Source of the DNA: Rhizaria sp. SCN 62-66
Lineage: Eukaryota
Reading direction: 5' to 3'
Length of the DNA stretch: 22,356 nt
Assembly (NCBI GenBank): GCA_001724265.1
Contig: MEDY01000069.1
Span: forward strand, 124,001 to 146,356
Below are positions 16,857 to 22,356 of this stretch, piece after piece (position 1 is the stretch's first letter; the number at the start of each line of letters is the position of its first letter). A program made the translations under genes and the position numbers. The notes under the pieces are model-generated. The model was not told the origin of the DNA, searched no databases, and saw only the letters and a program-made list of their open reading frames with translations.

Positions 16857-19800
16857 ATGTCGGCTCCATCGATTTCTGGCGCCGAATCTCTTAGTCGTAC
16901 GTCACTCCTCTCCCTGTCTCCTTGCAGTCATCTGCCGACGTAAGTCTGACCTCTCGTCTCTTACTCGAACCGCCTTTCATCTGCTGGCACTCTGAAATCT
17001 GTTGTGGTATACCGTGTAGGTCGCATTTTTGGTGACGATGAGACCCAGAACCCGTTCCGCAGCCCGTTACTTGCGACCGGCGCTGGACCCGCCCCCGTGG
17101 CCCCCTCGCCCTCGGTCCACCACCACCAGCAGCAACAACAGATCCAGCAAGCTCAGCAACAGCAGCAACAGCCTGGCGATGCGGCGCAGCAGGGCTACGC
17201 TCGCCCCGACGGCGTCGGGCTGAGTTTTGACGGCATGGCGACCCCTTCCGTGCCCGCCTCGGTGGTCGACACGGGCGGCCTGCCTTTCTTGACGCGCTCC
17301 CCAGACCAGGTACGGACAACAAAGCGGAGACTCCTCGATATAATCGAGTGCGTTCAACAATATTCATTTGTACATCTGAATCAGCGTATCATTTCTTTTA
17401 TTCAGGTATGTTGTGAGAAATCTAGAATGTCTTATCTCTGAAACATTCACATCTGTGCCGTAACCCTTCTCTTGACTGGATAGGAACTTTCCGCATTCAG
17501 CTCAGCTTTCGGTCTTGCCCTCTCACCTCCCGGCGCTGCCTCACCGGTGTCCACCGCGTCTCCTGTTGATACTGCGAGCAGTAGCACTAGCGTCAGCCTT
17601 GGCGGTGGCACTGGCGCTGCGTCTGGCGCTGGCGCCATCACCGCTGGCCACCCCAGTCTCGCGCTTGCTCCGGCCAACACATACGCCACAGCTGATGGCG
17701 CGGCGTCTGCAAAGCAACAAGGCGCCACAACCCCAATCGTGACGCGCTCGGCCCCAACCTCGCTTCCCCTTGCTCTCGATAGCGCCAGCACCAACGCTGC
17801 CACCGCCAAGCCTCCGCTCGTGCGCCTGCACTGGCTGCCTGCCGTGGACAAGAAGCGCCTCCGTTCCGCCCGCGCCGGCGCGAGTCTCGAGAAGGACAAG
17901 CCCGCCCGCCGCGCGCCGCAGCCGCAGCCGGCGCCGGCTGTCTTGAAGGGCGGCGCGTTCACGGCGGTCGACGTGGAGGAAGCCAAGGCCGACCCGTGGT
18001 CGGTGCTCGCGAGTACTGTCATCGCGAACGACACCAATGCTGCGAACGTCAACGCAGGAGGCGTTACTGGTGCTGATGTCTGTGCTGTTGGTGGTGCTGC
18101 TGGTGGTGAGACTGTGCTCGACGTCACCGGCACGTACCGCCAGCAAGACGACAGTGACCAGGGCGAAGACCACGCCTCCACCGTCGCCGACGACAATCCA
18201 GCTGGTGAGAATGATAAAGACGACGATGACGACGACGGGGACGATAACAGTGATCTGTCGTCGTCTTCCCGCGACCGTCTTAGACGCCGCCGCGGCGTTC
18301 GGTCCCACCGTAGCGCCAGCGGCAGCGGTGGCGCCCACGAAGCGTACGGCGCGACCGCGATCGCCCGCGGCGGCGCGGACGGGTTCGGCTTCACCTCGGC
18401 GATGGCCCGCAAGGCCGCTGCGTCCGGCGCCGCGACGGCCCGCGCGTCAGCAAAGCTCGAGCCGCTGTGGCAGAAGGAGGACCTGAGTGACTTTATCGCG
18501 TCGCTGCCGCCGCACCGCCGCGGGCCCGCCGTGGCGGCTGTTGTGGGAGCCTTCGCGGCGCCCGAGCTGGCAGCGGCGGCGCTGGAGCGCGACGCCGTGG
18601 AGCGTGAGCGTGCGCGCCGGGAGGAAAAGGCCGAGGCGGAGGCAGAGGCGATGCGGGCGGCGGCCACGGCGGCGGCGGCGGCGACCGCGACCGGCGAAGA
18701 CGAGGAGGGCGCGAACGGGTACGGGCTCGACAAGCGCGTGCAGGAGGAGGAGAAGGCGCGAGAGGCGGACCGCGAACGCAAGGCCGGCAGCATGTTCCGG
18801 ATGCTAAAGGAAGCAGGGCCGGAGATTGCGTACATTGCCCCTGGCTTGACTTTCCTCGCTGTTGCCACTGTCTGTAACCTTGCGGTGCCCAAGTTGCTCG
18901 GCGACTTTATCGACCGGCTCAGTGGAGCTCCTGGTACGTTTGTGATGATTTTTCACGTTGTCGTAAGCTTAGAATCAACATGACCGATGATTAAAAGCTG
19001 AAAACACCTCTTCAACTGCATCTCACTTCTTTCAACTCACCATTGCTCCTGTTATTGCTCTTTTCTAGGCACGATTACCCAGTCTGGCGCAAACCAGATA
19101 ATTTACATCATGCTCGTGGTGATGTCCGTGATGACCGTATGCAACTTCCTGTGGATGTTTTTTCTCTGGGTGGCCGGTGACCGCATCGTGGCCCGGCTCC
19201 GCAAACAGCTCTTCCAGTGCATTCTCATCCGCGAAGTCGCTTTTTTCGACGCGCACCGCACTGGCGAGCTGATCTCGCGTCTCTCGGGTGACGTCGTCGT
19301 TGTGAACACTGCGCTGACGACTGAGGTCGCCGAACTGGTCCAGCGCTCAGTCATCGTCTTCGGCGGACTCGCGTACATGTGTTATCTGGCCTGGGACCTG
19401 ACCCTCATCGCGCTCGGCGTCGCACCCGTCATCGGTCTCGTCGGCTCGCGGCTGGCGCGGTTCTTCCACTCTCTCGCGCGTCAGTCAAATGACGAGTTGG
19501 CCCGCGCCACCACCGTCGCCGAAGAGGCCATCAGCTGCCACCGCACGGTGCGCTCCTTCTCGCAGGAGCCGCTGATGTGCGCACGCTACGACCGCCACTG
19601 CGACGTCGCGTTCCAATACGCGCGCAAGCTCAAGATCGCCAAGGCCGGCCAGCGCGCGTTCGTCTACTACGCGGGCTCCATCGGCATTGGCTTCCTGCTT
19701 TGGTACGGCGCGACCAAGGTCATTAAGGGGGACATGAGCGCCGGTGAGCTGCTCACGTTCACCTTCTACGGCCTGCAGCTCGGCGAGAAGACGGGCCAGA

Positions 19801-21646
19801 TGATGGACAACTGGGGCATCCTCAAGGCCGCGACGGGCGCGTCTGCGCGTGTGTTCGAGCTCATTGACGACGGCGTCGCGCAAGGTCGCGTGCACCGCAG
19901 GCCGCGCGGTGTGGTTCTCAAAAAAGACGCCGAGGCGTATGTGCGCGCTCATTACCCGCAGGTTGCGGCCGAGATCGACACGCTCGTGGAGCAGAATAAG
20001 CTGCAGCTGCAGTCGGCGGCGGAGAGCGCGCACAGCATCTCGTTGTCGCCGTCGGGCCCGCTGTCGCGCGCGCAATCACTGGCGGGCAAGAAGCATAGCA
20101 ACGCGACGGACGACAACAATTACAGTCTGCTGGGCGACGATAGCAAGGTCGACCAGCGCGGCGGCTACATGCGCAGTCAGAACGACGACGTCAAGCACGA
20201 CACGCTGCCCGAGGGCATCTTCGGCAACGCCAACGAGCCGTACCCCGTCTCCGGCGCCGCGACCGCGAGTGCTCTGGCAGCTGAGGCGCTGCGCAACTCG
20301 CTCAGCAGCAACACATTCACGAGTCGCGCCGGTAGCGTCAGCGGGAGCGTGAGCTCCAGCGGCCGCAGCGGCAGTGGCGGCGCGACGGCGGCTGCGCGCG
20401 CGCTACAATTGCGCGCCGACACGGCCCCCTGGCTGCGGTTCCCGTTGCAGTTCCACGACGTGCACTTTGCGTACCCGACACGGCTTAACAAAACGGTCCT
20501 CAAGGGCCTCTCGCTCACCCTCGAGCCCGGACAGGTGACCGCGCTCGTCGGCACTTCTGGCGGCGGCAAGAGCACGATCGTCGCGCTGATCGAGCGGTTC
20601 TATGAGCCGCTGCGAGGCTCGGTCACCTGGGGCGGCGTGCCCATTGAGTGTCTCGACATGGCGTGGTGGCACCGGCAGGTACGGCGATAGAATTTCCATT
20701 CATTTCTTCGATTTTCTCTTTTCTTATGACTTCGTATGCATGTAATGCCTGTCATCTTATATCGTTGACGTCACTGGGATGCTCACTCATGCCTTGTTGG
20801 AACTTGTATTTTCTTCGCTTAGGTCGGTTTTGTGGGGCAGGAACCCGTGCTGTTTTGCACTACAATTCGCGAGAACATTCTTTTCGGCGTGCTTGGCAAG
20901 GGTGACGGCAAAGTCTACACACAGGTACGTTGATCTATTCCTTTGAACAAAACGTTACTACATCATCTCTCTAAAGTTCATCATTGTCTTCATTGGCTGT
21001 TCACTGATCTATGGCTCACTGCAAAGTTTTCTCGCTTGTTATTGTATTTTGATTATTTTAGGCGGATGTGGAGCGCGTAGCCCGTCTGGCGAACGCGCAC
21101 GACTTCATCTCGGCCTGGCCCCGTGGCTACGACACGATCGTCGGCGAGCGCGGTGCGCAGATCTCCGGCGGCCAGAAGCAGCGCATCGCGATCGCGCGCG
21201 CCATGCTCATGGACCCGCCGATCCTGCTGCTCGACGAGGCGACGTCAGCGCTCGACACCGAGTCGGAGCTGCTCGTGCAGCTGGCGCTCGAGCGGCTGAT
21301 GAAGGGTCGCACCACGCTCATGATCGCGCATAGGCTGTCGACTGTGCGCAACGCCGACGTCGTCGTCGTCGTCGCCGGTGGCGTCGTCGCCGAGAAGGGC
21401 AGCCACGAGGAGTTGATGCAGAAGGGCGGCGTCTACGCCAAGCTGGTGTCGCCGCAGCTCAGCGGCGGCGAGCGCGAGGCAGCGCAGGCGGCGGTCAAGA
21501 AGGCCGCTGCGGCTGTGGGCGCTGGCGCTGGCGCTGCTCAGGTTGAGGAGATTGAGGATGGCAATGGCGGTGACTTTGGTAAAGCGGCTGCGCAGACTAT
21601 AGGTCACAAGGGCAAGGGCAAGTCGAAGGGGGTCAAGACGAAGTAA
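16857..21646 (+). CDS. ABC transporter subfamily B half transporter (TAP/ABCB9/ABCB10/Mdl1-like TMD-NBD), about 1358 aa; exons 16857-16896, 17020-17309, 17484-18933, 19069-20678, 20823-20924, 21062-21646
   Basis: TMD motifs [53 protein letters not shown]...[11 protein letters not shown] and [14 protein letters not shown] motifs [11 protein letters not shown], Walker [11 protein letters not shown]-loop VGQEPVLF, signature [13 protein letters not shown], Walker [13 protein letters not shown] and H-loop IAHRLST. Five GTACG...TAG introns give a 4077-nt open spliced frame. The start codon and first 40-nt exon are the least certain part. Confidence 0.92.
16897..17019 (+). other. ABCB intron 1 (123 nt, phase 1)
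   Basis: GTACGT...GTGTAG. C|GT joins the ATG at 16857 in frame to the next exon. Confidence 0.6.
17118..17171 (+). repeat. CAC/CAG/CAA triplet tract encoding [18 protein letters not shown] in the ABCB N-terminal extension
   Basis: Seen directly in exon 2. Confidence 0.85.
17310..17483 (+). other. ABCB intron 2 (174 nt, phase 0)
   Basis: CAG|GTACGG...GGATAG|GAA. The downstream AGs at 17500 and 17505 would break the frame. Confidence 0.75.
18934..19068 (+). other. ABCB intron 3 (135 nt, phase 1)
   Basis: G|GTACGT...ACTCAC (19035-19040)...TTTTCTAG|GC. Joins TM1 to TM2 in frame. Confidence 0.92.
20679..20822 (+). other. ABCB intron 4 (144 nt, phase 0)
   Basis: CAG|GTACGG...GCTCAC (20781-20786)...CTTAG|GTC. 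Restores [11 protein letters not shown]. Confidence 0.95.
20925..21061 (+). other. ABCB intron 5 (137 nt, phase 0)
   Basis: CAG|GTACGT...GCTCAC (21014-21019)...TTTTAG|GCG. Restores [19 protein letters not shown]. Confidence 0.95.
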
Positions 21647-22113
21647 AAGTAGACAGTTTACAACAGCAGTAGTATGTGCACTTGTGTAGTGCTCAGGAAC
21701 ACCAGTGTTGCTCAAAGTAAGTATCGTTGATTATGAACTAACCTACGATGAAAGAAATACAAACGAGAACCAAATTATGTTTGACTTGGTCATAGATGTA
21801 AACAATAAGCTTAATATGATTTTATTGTTAAGTGTTTGATGAATGTGCGGGTTTAGGTATCTTGTAAAGAGTTGACAGGCGCAAACCAGTGTTCGTATTG
21901 CCGACAGCAGCACAACGTTAATGTGTACGACTATTCATCGCAAGTATGAGCAGTCATGGATGACGTTGCGCGTGTTGATGGGCGTGAGACTAACTAAAGT
22001 AACGACTATTGTGTCATAAGACCTCGATGGTTCGAGCGCGGGACGCGAGAAATTACTCGTGACTCATGCTATATAGTTTCATTAAGAAAGAGAGATAGAG
22101 AAACGCACACAAC

Positions 22114-22356
22114 TTAGTCGAGGGCAGCCTTCTTACCGTTGCCGTTGGCACGGTTCTTGCGGTTGAGGATGGACTGGCGGGAGCCGTTCATGTAGAGGTC
22201 GGTGACGACGACGTTGGAGGTGTGGATGGGGACTTGGACAGCGGTGCCGTTGTTCTTGTCGGTGGTGAGGCCCTCGAGGTGGATGCAGTACTTCTTGCGG
22301 TAGACGCCGATAACCTTGAGGTCCTTGCCGTTCTTCTTGGACTTGTTGCCACGGAC
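22114..22356 (-). CDS. RPL26: 60S ribosomal protein L26 (uL24), 3' part only; the 5' end lies outside the window
   Basis: Manual minus-strand translation from 22356: VRGNKSKKNGKDLKVIGVYRKKYCIHLEGLTTDKNNGTAVQVPIHTSNVVVTDLYMNGSRQSILNRKNRANGNGKKAALD*. It matches the RPL26 pattern VRG...KV..VYRKKY.I.IE....K.NG..V.V.IH.S.V. Codon usage is strongly biased to C-ending codons. Confidence 0.95.
   Translation of the reverse strand, partial: VRGNKSKKNGKDLKVIGVYRKKYCIHLEGLTTDKNNGTAVQVPIHTSNVVVTDLYMNGSRQSILNRKNRANGNGKKAALD

Noticed and set aside
7439-18892. Long antisense or alternative-frame ORFs (e.g. 7439-8695 -, 8699-9652 -, 11436-12824 +, 17447-18892 -)
   Set aside because: They lie wholly over real genes, have no recognisable motifs, and are expected shadows of high-GC3 coding sequence.
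1903-21061. Introner-like origin of the introns, given their uniform donors and similar lengths
   Set aside because: Intron bodies show no mutual similarity or terminal inverted repeats by eye.
1241-21646. Apparent trafficking/lysosome cluster (protease, Sec15, Sec12, ABCB) or ribosome cluster (NAT10, RPL26)
   Set aside because: Mixed housekeeping genes on mostly alternating strands. Nothing in the sequence indicates an operon or functional cluster.
22023-22061. GGTTCGAG (B-box/T-loop-like) with two small hairpins
   Set aside because: No cloverleaf, acceptor stem or A-box could be built, so not a tRNA.
2739-22116. No TAG among the seven stop codons (possible codon reassignment)
   Set aside because: The sample is tiny and no in-frame TAG interrupts any reconstructed gene.
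22131-22137. G|GTAAG potential donor near the RPL26 C-terminus (minus strand)
   Set aside because: Read-through gives a plausible GKKAALD* end with biased codons, and the site does not match the local GTACG consensus.

Overview
Gene-dense eukaryotic (probably protist) genomic DNA with GC-rich exons, AT-rich introns and spacers, and the standard genetic code. Seven protein-coding genes can be reconstructed by hand: (1) a papain/cathepsin-L-like cysteine protease (+, 2 exons); (2) exocyst subunit Sec15/EXOC6 (-, 2 exons); (3) intronless RNA cytidine acetyltransferase NAT10/Kre33 (+); (4) an expanded Sec12/PREB-like WD40 Sar1-GEF (-); (5) a strongly diverged TBP-family factor (+, 3 exons); (6) an ABCB-type half transporter (+, 6 exons); (7) the 3' part of ribosomal protein L26/uL24 (-, cut by the window edge and absent from the ORF track). 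The most unusual element is the TBP-like protein: its first repeat has lost both TATA-intercalating phenylalanines and the conserved Asn, while its second repeat keeps them. Also notable: all nine introns start GTACG, the protease has Gln in place of the triad Asn, a tandem hairpin with pairing-preserving substitutions lies downstream of the TBP-like gene, one intron holds an AG|GT recursive or alternative splice site, and there are two weak box C/D snoRNA-like patterns. No mobile element, CRISPR array, tRNA or rRNA was recognised. All family assignments come from remembered motifs, not database searches.
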